A stretch of DNA of 64,000 bases. Origin: Escherichia coli. GTDB taxonomy: Bacteria; Pseudomonadota; Gammaproteobacteria; Enterobacterales; Enterobacteriaceae. The notes beneath the pieces were generated by a model. That model was given only the letters and a program-made list of their open reading frames with translations, did not search any database and had not been told where the DNA came from. The DNA lies in assembly GCF_044647545.1 (NCBI RefSeq), contig NZ_CP172818.1. One strand, 5' to 3'. This document shows positions 45,849 to 59,017 of this stretch, in pieces (the stretch's first letter is position 1; the number at the start of each line of letters is the position of its first letter). Position numbers and translations under genes: made by a program.

Positions 45849-47327
45849 ATGTCGAAAAAATACATCATAGGGATTGATGGCGGAAGTCAGAGCACAAAAG
45901 TGGTGATGTACGATCTGGAAGGTAATGTGGTTTGCGAAGGCAAAGGCTTATTGCAGCCGATGCACACGCCAGATGCCGATACCGCAGAACATCCTGACGA
46001 CGATTTATGGGCATCATTATGTTTTGCCGGTCACGATTTGATGAGTCAGTTTGCCGGAAATAAAGAAGATATTGTCGGTATTGGTCTGGGATCCATCCGT
46101 TGCTGCCGTGCGTTATTGAAAGCCGATGGCACGCCAGCTGCGCCGTTGATTAGCTGGCAGGATGCACGCGTTACACGCCCTTACGAACATACGAATCCTG
46201 ACGTGGCATATGTCACCTCTTTTTCAGGTTATCTGACGCATCGCTTAACCGGCGAGTTTAAAGACAATATCGCCAACTATTTTGGTCAGTGGCCGGTGGA
46301 TTATAAGACCTGGGCATGGAGTGAAGATGCCGCAGTCATGGAGAAGTTTAATATCCCCCGTCATATGCTGTTTGATGTGCAAATGCCGGGCACTGTTCTT
46401 GGGCATATCACTCCTCAAGCCGCGCTGGCGACACATTTCCCAGCTGGGCTGCCGGTTGTTTGTACCACCAGTGATAAACCGGTAGAAGCTCTGGGAGCCG
46501 GATTACTGGATGATGAAACGGCGGTGATTTCTCTTGGCACCTACATCGCGCTGATGATGAACGGTAAAGCACTGCCGAAAGATCCGGTGGCGTACTGGCC
46601 GATTATGTCTTCTATTCCGCAAACATTGCTGTATGAAGGTTACGGTATTCGCAAAGGCATGTGGACGGTGAGCTGGCTGCGCGACATGTTAGGCGAGTCG
46701 TTAATTCAGGATGCCAAAGCACAGGATCTTTCACCGGAAGATTTGCTCAACAAAAAAGCGTCTTGTGTGCCGCCTGGCTGTAATGGTCTGATGACGGTGC
46801 TGGACTGGCTGACCAATCCGTGGGAACCATACAAACGCGGGATTATGATCGGCTTTGATTCCAGCATGGATTACGCATGGATATATCGTTCGATACTGGA
46901 AAGCGTGGCGCTGACGCTGAAGAACAATTACGACAATATGTGTAATGAAATGAATCACTTTGCAAAGCATGTGATCATTACTGGCGGCGGTTCGAACAGC
47001 GATCTGTTTATGCAGATTTTTGCCGACGTGTTCAACCTTCCGGCACGCCGTAACGCCATTAATGGTTGTGCAAGTCTGGGGGCAGCGATCAATACGGCGG
47101 TAGGTCTGGGGCTATACCCGGATTACGCAACGGCTGTCGACAAAATGGTTCGCGTGAAAGATATCTTTATGCCTGTTGAGAGCAACGCCAAACGCTACGA
47201 CGCGATGAATAAAGGCATTTTCAAAGACCTAACCAAGCACACTGATGTGATCCTGAAAAAATCGTATGAAGTGATGCATGGTGAGCTGGGGAATGAAGAT
47301 TCGATCCAGAGCTGGTCGAATGCGTAA
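45849..47327 (+). CDS. ygcE: FGGY-family carbohydrate kinase
   Basis: 492-aa ORF starting MSKKYIIGIDGGSQSTKVV. Confidence 0.85.
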   Translation: MSKKYIIGIDGGSQSTKVVMYDLEGNVVCEGKGLLQPMHTPDADTAEHPDDDLWASLCFAGHDLMSQFAGNKEDIVGIGLGSIRCCRALLKADGTPAAPLISWQDARVTRPYEHTNPDVAYVTSFSGYLTHRLTGEFKDNIANYFGQWPVDYKTWAWSEDAAVMEKFNIPRHMLFDVQMPGTVLGHITPQAALATHFPAGLPVVCTTSDKPVEALGAGLLDDETAVISLGTYIALMMNGKALPKDPVAYWPIMSSIPQTLLYEGYGIRKGMWTVSWLRDMLGESLIQDAKAQDLSPEDLLNKKASCVPPGCNGLMTVLDWLTNPWEPYKRGIMIGFDSSMDYAWIYRSILESVALTLKNNYDNMCNEMNHFAKHVIITGGGSNSDLFMQIFADVFNLPARRNAINGCASLGAAINTAVGLGLYPDYATAVDKMVRVKDIFMPVESNAKRYDAMNKGIFKDLTKHTDVILKKSYEVMHGELGNEDSIQSWSNA

Positions 47328-47335
47328 GTGAGGAA

Positions 47336-47359
47336 GACCGGGCGGGAAACTGCCCGGCC
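47336..47359 (+). terminator. Short GC hairpin (ccgggc / gcccgg) after ygcE; weak terminator candidate
   Basis: 6-bp stem, no clear T-run. Confidence 0.3.
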
Positions 47360-47374
47360 TGAACATACCTGAAT

Positions 47375-47511
47375 GGTTATCCCCGCTGACGCGGGGAACA
47401 TAAGTTCGACAACTTAAAAAATGATAACAAGTCCGGTTTATCCCCGCTGATGCAGGGAACATAATAAAAACTTTAACTAGTTCGTTTATCCCTGTTGTTA
47501 CAAGGAATATT
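47375..47511 (-). CRISPR. Degenerate CRISPR remnant: three decayed type I-E-like repeats
   Basis: ggttatccccgctgacgcggggaacat; cggtttatccccgctgatgcagggaacat; cgtttatccctgttgttacaaggaatat. Confidence 0.75.
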
Positions 47512-47964
47512 AACTACACTCGATGTCTTTAGAATAAAAGACAATACGAATCGCACTTTATCAATTTTCACTTAAAGTATGAACTGGATATCTTTATTCA
47601 TAAGAACTATTCATCAACAGCGTATAGAGGCGGTTATGTAAAACCACTCATTAGCCTCAAAACAAAGACAAACTTCCAGATTTATTACTTAATCAATGAA
47701 TAACAAGCTTAAAAAATACACTGTTATTCTAAAGAAAAAATTAACAGGCATTAATTAATATTAAAAAAAATAATATATTAAAATTTCTTAACGGTTTAAG
47801 GATTATACAAATAACACTTTGATTAAATTTGATTTTTTGTATCGATAATTGTGAACTTATCTGGCATGGAGAACTATTTTGAACATGAGGTGTTATGTGG
47901 ATATGTTGCTTATTACAAGTACAGCTAATATAAAAACTTGAGAAAGAGATAACGGGTTATATGG

Positions 47965-48367
47965 TGGTTCATCCCCGCTGGCGCGGGGAACACGTCTTTT
48001 TGACCGGCCGGTAAATCGTCTGCCTGCGGTTTATCCCCGCTGGCGCGGGGAACACAAACCATTCTCGCAATCAAGGACTATTCCTAGACGGTTTATCCCC
48101 GCTGGCGCGGGGAACACGGTCGCAGGGAATACAAAGCCGTGCATCCTGCTCGGTTTATCCCCGCTGGCGCGGGGAACACTGGCTCTGCAACAGCAGCACT
48201 ATGACCCCGTCGGTTTATCCCCGCTGGCGCGGGGAACACGAAAAGCTTATGATCGTTAATGCCGCAAACACCGGTTTATCCCCGCTGGCGCGGGGAACAC
48301 ATTACACCTATGTGCGAGCGCCCGGTTTTTGCCGCTAGCGGTTTATCCCCGCTGGCGCGGGGAACAC
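47965..48367 (-). CRISPR. Orphan CRISPR array, 7 repeats and 6 spacers, repeat variant ending GAACAC (plus strand CGGTTTATCCCCGCTGGCGCGGGGAACAC)
   Basis: Repeat starts at about 47965, 48027, 48089, 48151, 48211, 48272, 48339; the first repeat is a variant (ggttcatcc). Confidence 0.95.
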
Positions 48368-48706
48368 TCTAAACATAACCTATTATTAATTAATGATTTT
48401 TTAAGCCAGTCACAATCTACCAACTTTATAGTATCACACAAACAACACATCCATTATGTTAAAGAGCACTTAATCCATTGATTAAAAAGGTAAATATTTA
48501 AAATAACTCTATACAAACTAAAATCTACCAAACTTTACCGCAATAATTTTCACTCCAGCGAAAAATTAACGCCACAGAATTTGTAGAGAATGATAATGAT
48601 TAGTTCAGGATGGGCAAGATGGATGAGTTTTCAGAGGCGACAAACAATATAAATGAGTAGAAGTCTTTACAGGTTCCACCCATTTATAACGCTTATAAAT
48701 GTTTAA
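48368..48706 (-). promoter_or_regulatory. AT-rich leader of the second CRISPR array
   Basis: AT-rich segment adjoining the most conserved repeat; begins tctaaa like the array 1 leader (tctaaaag). Confidence 0.6.
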
Positions 48707-49378
48707 TCAGGCAATATTTAGATATTTATGTGTTTGCATCGACAAACGCCAATTACGCGCAATGCAGGTTTCAATGCACAAACGTGTGGCATCATCCTTT
48801 TGGCTAATCGGCTGCAGTGCAATGACTCGCGGTTTATCATCGGTCAGCGTTGCCAGTAGTTCATCCAGTGCTTCAATATCACGTACGCGCCCCACTGGAT
48901 GCTTGATTTCGTTGGCTCGCTCCAGTGCCTGTGACAACACTTCATAGCCGCCGCGCATGTTCAACTTTGGTGATACGGTAACCCAGGTATTCGGTGTGCA
49001 GCGTACCTCATGAGTACCACTGGTTTCGATCTGGCAGCTAAAACCGTTCTTTTCGAGCAGATCAGTCAGTGGCAGCAAATCATGAATGCAAGGCTCACCA
49101 CCCGTAATCACCACATGCCGTGCGGTGTATCCCTGGCGACCAATGACAGCCAGCAAATCTTCACTGCTCGCAGCCCCCCACTTATCACTCTCTTTGGTCT
49201 TCGCCAGAATGCTGAAAAGGGAGACTTCCCGATCCTCAAGCTTTTCCCAGGTGTGTTTGGTGTCGCACCAGGCACAGCCAACCGGGCATCCCTGTAAACG
49301 AATAAAAATGGCGGGGACGCCGGTAAAGTAACCCTCACCTTGCAGGGTCTGGAACATCTCGTTAATCGGGTACTGCAT
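48707..49378 (-). CDS. queE: 7-carboxy-7-deazaguanine synthase (radical SAM)
   Basis: 223-aa ORF; Cys motif CPVGCAWC. Confidence 0.92.
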   Translation of the reverse strand: MQYPINEMFQTLQGEGYFTGVPAIFIRLQGCPVGCAWCDTKHTWEKLEDREVSLFSILAKTKESDKWGAASSEDLLAVIGRQGYTARHVVITGGEPCIHDLLPLTDLLEKNGFSCQIETSGTHEVRCTPNTWVTVSPKLNMRGGYEVLSQALERANEIKHPVGRVRDIEALDELLATLTDDKPRVIALQPISQKDDATRLCIETCIARNWRLSMQTHKYLNIA

Positions 49379-49671
49379 AGCATTCTCTGTGAAGTGGATA
49401 ATTGTTAATTATTGCAGATCCTGCCACAACAATCATGTCTTATTAACATTCTGTTACAGGCAGGTTTAAAGAAAAATGAGAAACAGATCGTTAATAATAA
49501 AAGGAAGTAACGTATTATGTCAGAAATAAATAAAGTAAAGGGATTTAATCATGTCAAAAACATTCACCGAAATTATACTTATTTTTTCTGTGTTCGTTTT
49601 TAATTATAACGAATCTCAAATTACCGGTGCCGCCGTCAATTTATTTATCCAGCTTTAATGGGACATTTATA

Positions 49672-50544
49672 ATGCGCTATTTCATACTAATATTCACATT
49701 CGTGTGTTCCTTTGTTGCAGCCCAACCAACTATTGTCCCACAATTACAGCAACAAGTTACGGATCTTACGAGTAGCTTAAACTCACAAGAAAAGAAAGAA
49801 CTGACGCGGAAGTTAGAATCTATTTTCAATAATACCCAAGTACAAATTGCTGTATTAATTATTCCCACAACCAAAGACGAGACAATTGAACAATATGCTA
49901 CAAGGGTTTTTAACAATTGGCGTTTAGGAGATGCCAAACGCAATGATGGGATACTGATCATTGTTGCCTGGTCGGATCGCACTGTCCGCATCCAGGTAGG
50001 TTATGGGCTGGAAGAAAAGGTAACCGATGCTCTGGCTGGAGATATCATCCGTAGCAACATGATACCCGCATTTAAACAACAAAAATTAGCTAAGGGATTA
50101 GAGTTAGCTATAATCGCTTTGAATAACCAACTCACTTCACAACACCAATATTCGGCTAATCCTTCAGAAAGTGAATCAGCGTCTTCCAGCGATTATTACT
50201 ACTTTGCTATTTTTTGGGTATTTGCAGTGATGTTCTTCCCTTTCTGGTTTTTTCATCAAGGCAGTAATTTTTGTCGCGCATGTAAAAGCAGTGTCTGTAT
50301 TTCAGCAATCTATCTTTTAGATTTATTCCTGTTCTCCGATAAAACTTTTTCCATTGCTGTATTTTTCTTCTTTTTTACTTTCACCACCATTATGGTCTTT
50401 ACCTGTTTATGTGTACTTCAGAAAAAAGCATCTGGTAGAAGTTATCATTCAGACAACAGCGGTTCCGGTGGCGGCTCAAGTGGCGGCGGATTTAGCGGCG
50501 GGGGCGGTTCTTCTGGCGGTGGCGGCGCGTCCGGTCGCTGGTAA
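49672..50544 (+). CDS. ygcG: TPM-domain membrane protein with Gly/Ser-rich C-terminal tail
   Basis: Start taken at [10 protein letters not shown] (290 aa); signal/transmembrane segment; C-terminal [20 protein letters not shown]. Confidence 0.8.
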   Translation: MRYFILIFTFVCSFVAAQPTIVPQLQQQVTDLTSSLNSQEKKELTRKLESIFNNTQVQIAVLIIPTTKDETIEQYATRVFNNWRLGDAKRNDGILIIVAWSDRTVRIQVGYGLEEKVTDALAGDIIRSNMIPAFKQQKLAKGLELAIIALNNQLTSQHQYSANPSESESASSSDYYYFAIFWVFAVMFFPFWFFHQGSNFCRACKSSVCISAIYLLDLFLFSDKTFSIAVFFFFFTFTTIMVFTCLCVLQKKASGRSYHSDNSGSGGGSSGGGFSGGGGSSGGGGASGRW

Positions 50545-50552
50545 CTCAACCA

Positions 50553-50584
50553 TAAAAAATGCCAGCCCGAAGGCTGGCATTTTT
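50553..50584. terminator. Bidirectional rho-independent terminator between ygcG and eno (A6 atgccagcc cgaa ggctggcat T4)
   Basis: Perfect 9-bp stem with a 4-nt loop, flanked by A and T runs. Confidence 0.85.
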
Positions 50585-50603
50585 AAATCAGATAAAGTCA
50601 GAC

Positions 50604-51917
<1,314 letters not shown>

Positions 51918-51988
51918 TCACTAGTTAAACTGAAACTCCAGACAAACAACGCGTACCCAGGGTACGCGTTGCCGTTCTAACTTTTTTC

Positions 51989-53641
<1,653 letters not shown>

Positions 53642-53853
53642 TTAGGTTGAAAAGACGATGGAATAACCAGGACGGGAAAGCAGTATACCCGAACATGACC
53701 TGTGCCACAAACTTTCATTATCCCTCCTCTTCGCCAGCGCACTATTGAAATCAGGAGTGAGAAAATAGCCCCTTTGGGGTAAATGTTTTTGACGCAAATC
53801 AAGCGCTTGTCATTTAAAAAATGACACAAATGGCGCTTGACCGCGTAATTCCC

Positions 53854-54645
53854 TTAGAGATCAATTTCCTGCCGTTTTACCTGTTGCCAGACTTCTTCCA
53901 TTGTTTCGAGGTCAACACCTGTCATTTCCAGTCCACGCGCGGCAACAATACGCTCCACTTCGCGAAAACGACGCTCGAATTTTTCGTTCGCTTTTTGCAA
54001 TGCGATTTCCGCTTTTGTCCCTAAATGACGAGCCAGATTGACCGTGGCAAACAGCAGGTCACCCATTTCCTCCTCCAGTTTAGCCTGGTCGACAACAGCC
54101 TGCTGCGCCTCGTACATCACCTCGTCGATCTCTTCGTAGACTTTATCGACTACCGGACCAAGCGTCGTCCAGTCGAAGCCAACGTTGGCGCAACGTTTCT
54201 GGATTTTTTGCGCACGCATTAAAGCCGGTAAACTACGAGGAATATCATCCAGCGCCGAATGCTGTGCTTTCTGCGCGCGTTCTTCGGTTTTGATTTGCTC
54301 CCAACGGGCGAGCACTTCACTACTGTTTTCGGCAGAACTGTCAGCAAAAACATGCGGATGGCGACGCTCTAATTTATCGCTAATAGCAGCGCAAATATCA
54401 TTAAAGTCAAAGCGCCCTTCTTCCTGAGCCATTTGTGCGTAAAACACCACCTGGAACAGCAGATCGCCCAGTTCACCGCGCAGATCGTCAAAATCTTCAC
54501 GGGCGATGGCGTCCAGCACCTCGTAGGTTTCTTCAAGGGTGTAAGGCGCAATGGTGGCAAATGTCTGCTCTTTATCCCACGGGCAGCCGTTTTCCGGATC
54601 GCGCAGGCGCTGCATAATAGTGAGCAAACGGTCGATTTGATTCAT
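53854..54645 (-). CDS. mazG: Nucleoside triphosphate pyrophosphohydrolase MazG
   Basis: 263-aa ORF; two MazG-type domains. Confidence 0.93.
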   Translation of the reverse strand: MNQIDRLLTIMQRLRDPENGCPWDKEQTFATIAPYTLEETYEVLDAIAREDFDDLRGELGDLLFQVVFYAQMAQEEGRFDFNDICAAISDKLERRHPHVFADSSAENSSEVLARWEQIKTEERAQKAQHSALDDIPRSLPALMRAQKIQKRCANVGFDWTTLGPVVDKVYEEIDEVMYEAQQAVVDQAKLEEEMGDLLFATVNLARHLGTKAEIALQKANEKFERRFREVERIVAARGLEMTGVDLETMEEVWQQVKRQEIDL

Positions 54646-54716
54646 TGAATTGTCCTGAAAATTGCGGGTCTGTCAGGTGGAAACCTGTGACCAGAATAGA
54701 AGTGAGTTAGTAACAC

Positions 54717-55052
54717 CTACCCAATCAGCACGTTAATTTTGGCTTTAATGAGTTGTAATTCCTCTGGGGCAACTGTTCCTTTCTTCGTTGCTCCTCTTGC
54801 CCGCCAGGCGATACTTTTTACCTGATCAGCTAACGCTACGCCATCACGTTCCTGACCGGATAGAACAACTTCGAACGGATATCCTTTTGATTGCGTTGTA
54901 CAAGGAACACACAGACACATACCTGTTTTGTTGTTGTACATGAACGGACTCAGGACAACAGCCGGACGATGTCCGGCTTGCTCGCTACCTTTTGTCGGGT
55001 CAAAATCAACCCAAATCAGATCGCCCGTATCGGGTACGTATCGGCTTACCAT
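54717..55052 (-). CDS. mazF: Type II toxin MazF (ACA-specific mRNA interferase)
   Basis: 111-aa ORF starting [19 protein letters not shown]. Confidence 0.95.
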   Translation of the reverse strand: MVSRYVPDTGDLIWVDFDPTKGSEQAGHRPAVVLSPFMYNNKTGMCLCVPCTTQSKGYPFEVVLSGQERDGVALADQVKSIAWRARGATKKGTVAPEELQLIKAKINVLIG

Positions 55053-55300
55053 TACCAGACTTCCTTATCTTTCGGCTCCCCCCAGTCGATATTCTCGTGG
55101 AGGTTTTCCGGCGTGATGTCGTTGACCAGTTCAGCAAGCGTAAATACGGGCTCTTTACGCACTGGCTCAATAATTAATTTTCCATCCACCAGGTCAATCT
55201 TCACTTCATCATCAATATTCAGATTGAGCGCCTGCATTAACGTAGCCGGGATCCGCACTGCAGGAGAATTTCCCCAACGCTTTACGCTACTGTGGATCAT
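55052..55300 (-). CDS. mazE: Type II antitoxin MazE
   Basis: 82-aa ORF starting [18 protein letters not shown]; 1-bp overlap with mazF. Confidence 0.95.
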
Positions 55301-55320
55301 AACCCTTTCCTCAAACCGCT

Positions 55321-55367
55321 ATCATATGTAGATACAGTATATATCAATCTACATTGTAGATACGAAC
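55321..55367 (-). promoter_or_regulatory. mazEF promoter/operator region with repeated tgtagata motifs and an inverted partner (alternating palindrome)
   Basis: tgtagatacagtatatatcaatctacattgtagatac lies 20–67 nt upstream of the mazE start. Confidence 0.7.
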
Positions 55368-55377
55368 AAGTTTCGGC

Positions 55378-57612
55378 CTAACTCCCGTGCAACCGACGCG
55401 CGTCGATAACATCCGGCACCTGGTTGAGTTTACCCAGCACGCGGCCCAGCACTTGCAGGTTGTAAATCTCAATGGTCATGTCGATGGTCGCCAGTTGCTG
55501 TTTGGTGTCGCTACGGCTGGCAACGCCAAGTACGTTCACCTTCTCGTTGGCGAGAATGGTCGTGATATCACGTAACAACCCACTACGATCATTAGCCACC
55601 ACGCGGACCACCAGCGAATATCCGGCGGAGTAGCTCTCGCCCCATACCGCGTCAACAATGCGTTCTGGCGCATGGGAGCGCAGTTCCGCCAGTTGTTCGC
55701 AATCGGCGCGGTGTACTGAAATACCGCGTCCCTGGGTAATGAAGCCGACAATCTCATCTCCAGGAATCGGCTGGCAGCAGCGCGCGATGTGGTGCATCAG
55801 GTTACCGACCCCTTCTACCACCACACGACCGTTATCTTTACTGCGGTTTTGCGGCGTGTAGCTTTTTTGCTGAAGCTGTTTCAGCGCGGCGGCATCCTGC
55901 TCTTCGGCACTCGGCTTATTAAATTGCGATTGCAGGAAGTTCACCATCTGATTGAGACGGATATCCCCGCCACCAATTGCCGCCAGCAACTCGTCGACAT
56001 CATTGAAGTTGTAACGCGGCAGCAGATGTTTTTCTGCTTCTTTCAGGCTGATCCCCAGATGTTCCAGCTCGTCGTCAAGGATTTGCCGCCCAGCCAGAAT
56101 GTTTTTGTCACGGTCCTGTTTACGGAACCAGGCGTGAATTTTCGAACGCCCACGGCTGGTTGTGACGTAACCGAGATTTGGGTTTAACCAGTCACGGCTG
56201 GGGTTCGGCTGTTTCTGGGTGATAATTTCAATCTGGTCGCCCATCTGCAGCTGGTAGGTGAACGGCACAATGCGCCCGCCAATTTTTGCCCCGATGCAGC
56301 GGTGTCCGACATCACTGTGGATGTGGTAAGCGAAGTCCAGCGGTGTTGATCCCGCAGGCAAATCAACGACATCACCTTTCGGCGTAAAGACGTACACCCG
56401 GTCGTCAAAGACCTGGCTGCGTACTTCGTCGAGCATTTCGCCGGAATCAGCCATCTCTTCCTGCCACGCAATCAGTTTACGCAGCCAGGCAATTCGGTCT
56501 TCATGTCCCGAACGTGCGCCGCCAGCTGCCGCGCCCTCTTTATATTTCCAGTGCGCAGCAACACCCAACTCTGCATCTTCATGCATCTGTTTGGTGCGGA
56601 TTTGGATCTCAACGGTTTTGCCACCCGGCCCCAGAACCACGGTATGAATAGACTGATAACCGTTTGGTTTCGGGTTAGCGACGTAATCGTCGAACTCATC
56701 CGGCAGGTGGCGATAGTGAGTGTGCACTATCCCCAGTGCGGCATAACAATCCTGTAAACGCTCGGCGACAATACGTACCGCACGCACATCAAACAGCTCA
56801 TCGAAGGCGAGGTTCTTTTTCTGCATTTTGCGCCAGATGCTGTAGATGTGTTTCGGTCGACCATACACTTCAGCTTTAACGCCTTCAGCTTTCATCTCAG
56901 CGCGCAGATGGCCGACAAACTCTTCGATATAGTGTTCGCGGTCGAGACGGCGTTCATGCAGCAGTTTTGCGATGCGTTTGTATTCGGTCGGGTGGAGATA
57001 ACGGAAGCAGTAATCTTCCAGCTCCCATTTCAGTTGCCCAATCCCAAGACGGTTCGCCAACGGCGCGTAGATATTGGTGCACTCTTTTGCCGCCAGTACG
57101 CGTTCATCTTCCGGCGCGTCTTTTACTTCGCGCAGATGAGCAATACGCTCTGCCAGTTTGATGACCACGCAGCGGAAATCATCGACCATCGCCAATAACA
57201 TCCGGCGAACGTTATCGACCTGTTCGGAGGAAACAGAATCGGTATGCGTCGCTTTCAGCTGGCGGATCGCCGCCATATCACGCACGCCGTGAATAAGGTT
57301 AACGACCGACTTACCGACGCTCTCACGCAGCACATCTTCGCTGACTACGTTGGCATCCGCCAGAGGGAACAGCAGCGCCGCCCGCAGCGTGTCAATGTCC
57401 ATACTTAATGTCGAGAGGATCTCCACCATCTCAACACCACGCCACAATAACAGACTGGCATCCGGATGCCCCTGCGTCTGTTGCAGACAATATGCCCAGG
57501 TTTCGGCTAAGCACTCACACGACTTCTGGCTGGTAATACCCAGACTTGCGATCCATTTTTCCGGATCAAATTCACCAGCCTTATTGATATGTGCACTTCT
57601 TACCGCAACCAT
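55378..57612 (-). CDS. relA: GTP pyrophosphokinase ((p)ppGpp synthetase I)
   Basis: 744-aa ORF. Confidence 0.96.
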   Translation of the reverse strand: MVAVRSAHINKAGEFDPEKWIASLGITSQKSCECLAETWAYCLQQTQGHPDASLLLWRGVEMVEILSTLSMDIDTLRAALLFPLADANVVSEDVLRESVGKSVVNLIHGVRDMAAIRQLKATHTDSVSSEQVDNVRRMLLAMVDDFRCVVIKLAERIAHLREVKDAPEDERVLAAKECTNIYAPLANRLGIGQLKWELEDYCFRYLHPTEYKRIAKLLHERRLDREHYIEEFVGHLRAEMKAEGVKAEVYGRPKHIYSIWRKMQKKNLAFDELFDVRAVRIVAERLQDCYAALGIVHTHYRHLPDEFDDYVANPKPNGYQSIHTVVLGPGGKTVEIQIRTKQMHEDAELGVAAHWKYKEGAAAGGARSGHEDRIAWLRKLIAWQEEMADSGEMLDEVRSQVFDDRVYVFTPKGDVVDLPAGSTPLDFAYHIHSDVGHRCIGAKIGGRIVPFTYQLQMGDQIEIITQKQPNPSRDWLNPNLGYVTTSRGRSKIHAWFRKQDRDKNILAGRQILDDELEHLGISLKEAEKHLLPRYNFNDVDELLAAIGGGDIRLNQMVNFLQSQFNKPSAEEQDAAALKQLQQKSYTPQNRSKDNGRVVVEGVGNLMHHIARCCQPIPGDEIVGFITQGRGISVHRADCEQLAELRSHAPERIVDAVWGESYSAGYSLVVRVVANDRSGLLRDITTILANEKVNVLGVASRSDTKQQLATIDMTIEIYNLQVLGRVLGKLNQVPDVIDARRLHGS

Positions 57613-57659
57613 CGTCCTCTCCTTTAGGGACCAGACCTGCCGAAATCGGCAAATCGCAA

Positions 57660-58961
57660 CTATTTAACGCGCGAGAAAAGTACCATCGATTCCAGATGTC
57701 CCGTGTGTGGGAACATATCCAGCATCGCCAGTCGCGCAATGGTATATCCTGCTTTTAATAACGCTTCGCTATCCCGAGCCAGCGTTGCAGGGTTACAGGA
57801 TACATAAACTATACGAATAGGTTCCAGTTTTATAATTTGCTGCATAACACCTGCGGCACCTGCTCGCGCCGGGTCCAACAACACTTTATCGAAGCCGTTT
57901 TTCGCCCACGGCTGCTTTGTGACATCTTCTTCAAGATTTTCGTGATAAAACGTCACATTGTGTAAGCCATTAAGACGCGCATTCTGCTGGCCTTTTTCAA
58001 CCAGCGCCGGAACGCCTTCTACACCGACCACACTGGCAGCTTGTGTCGCCAATGGCAGTGTAAAGTTGCCCATACCGCAGAACAGATCCAGTACGCGATC
58101 TTCAGGTTGCACATCCAGCCATTCCAACGCACGCGCTACCATTTTTTGGTTCACACCCGCATTGACCTGAATAAAATCGCGCGGGCTAAAAGTTAAGCGC
58201 AACCCATTTGAGTCATACCAGGGCATCTCACCAGAGACGGTTTCGAGTATCTCACTATCGGGGGCGAGATACAGATCCAGTCCTTCAGAATGCGAAAAGC
58301 ATTCCAGTTTTTCGCGATCTGCCGAACTTAGCGGTGCGGTATGGCGCAAAATCATTAGCGTGCCGCTGGTTGCCTGTACCAGTTCAACATGACCAAGATG
58401 GCGCATAGCTTGTAAGCTGCCCAGGCATGCCCTGACTTTGGGCAGCAATGCTTCAAGTTGGGGCACTAAAATGGGGCATTGTTTAACGTCGACAATGTCA
58501 CTGGAGCCCGCTTTGCGAAACCCCATCTGAAGTTGCTGTGTTTTCGGTAAGTAGTTCAGACTTAAACGCGCGCGACGGCGATAGCCCCAGGGAACATCGG
58601 CGATCACTTCAGAGACTTCGTGTTTCATTAATCGGGCGAGTGCCGCACTTTTGCTTCGCTGCTGTAAATCCACACTGGCGTGTTGTTGCTGACAGCCGCC
58701 GCATACGCCAAAATGAGGACAGCGTGGCGTTTCGCGTTCCGGACTATCGCTTAACCGGCGTACGACTTTAGCGCGGGCATACTGTTTTTTATCTTCAGTA
58801 ACAGTAACTTCCGCGTTTTCCTGCGGCAATAATCCGGGGATAAATAATGTTTTGCCGTTATGTCGCGCCACACCCTGACCAAAAGAGTCGAGGTCGTTGA
58901 CTGAAACGGTTATGATCTGACGCGTCGTCGTGCGTCGTTTTGCAGAGTAGAATTGCGCCAT
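57660..58961 (-). CDS. rlmD: 23S rRNA (uracil1939-C5)-methyltransferase RlmD (RumA)
   Basis: 433-aa ORF; Fe-S Cys cluster near the N-terminus; C-terminal methyltransferase domain. Confidence 0.93.
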   Translation of the reverse strand: MAQFYSAKRRTTTRQIITVSVNDLDSFGQGVARHNGKTLFIPGLLPQENAEVTVTEDKKQYARAKVVRRLSDSPERETPRCPHFGVCGGCQQQHASVDLQQRSKSAALARLMKHEVSEVIADVPWGYRRRARLSLNYLPKTQQLQMGFRKAGSSDIVDVKQCPILVPQLEALLPKVRACLGSLQAMRHLGHVELVQATSGTLMILRHTAPLSSADREKLECFSHSEGLDLYLAPDSEILETVSGEMPWYDSNGLRLTFSPRDFIQVNAGVNQKMVARALEWLDVQPEDRVLDLFCGMGNFTLPLATQAASVVGVEGVPALVEKGQQNARLNGLHNVTFYHENLEEDVTKQPWAKNGFDKVLLDPARAGAAGVMQQIIKLEPIRIVYVSCNPATLARDSEALLKAGYTIARLAMLDMFPHTGHLESMVLFSRVK

Positions 58962-59017
58962 TGGCGAGACTTTCTCAATTTAACAGTGTGACCTTAATTG
59001 TCCCATAACGGAACTCC

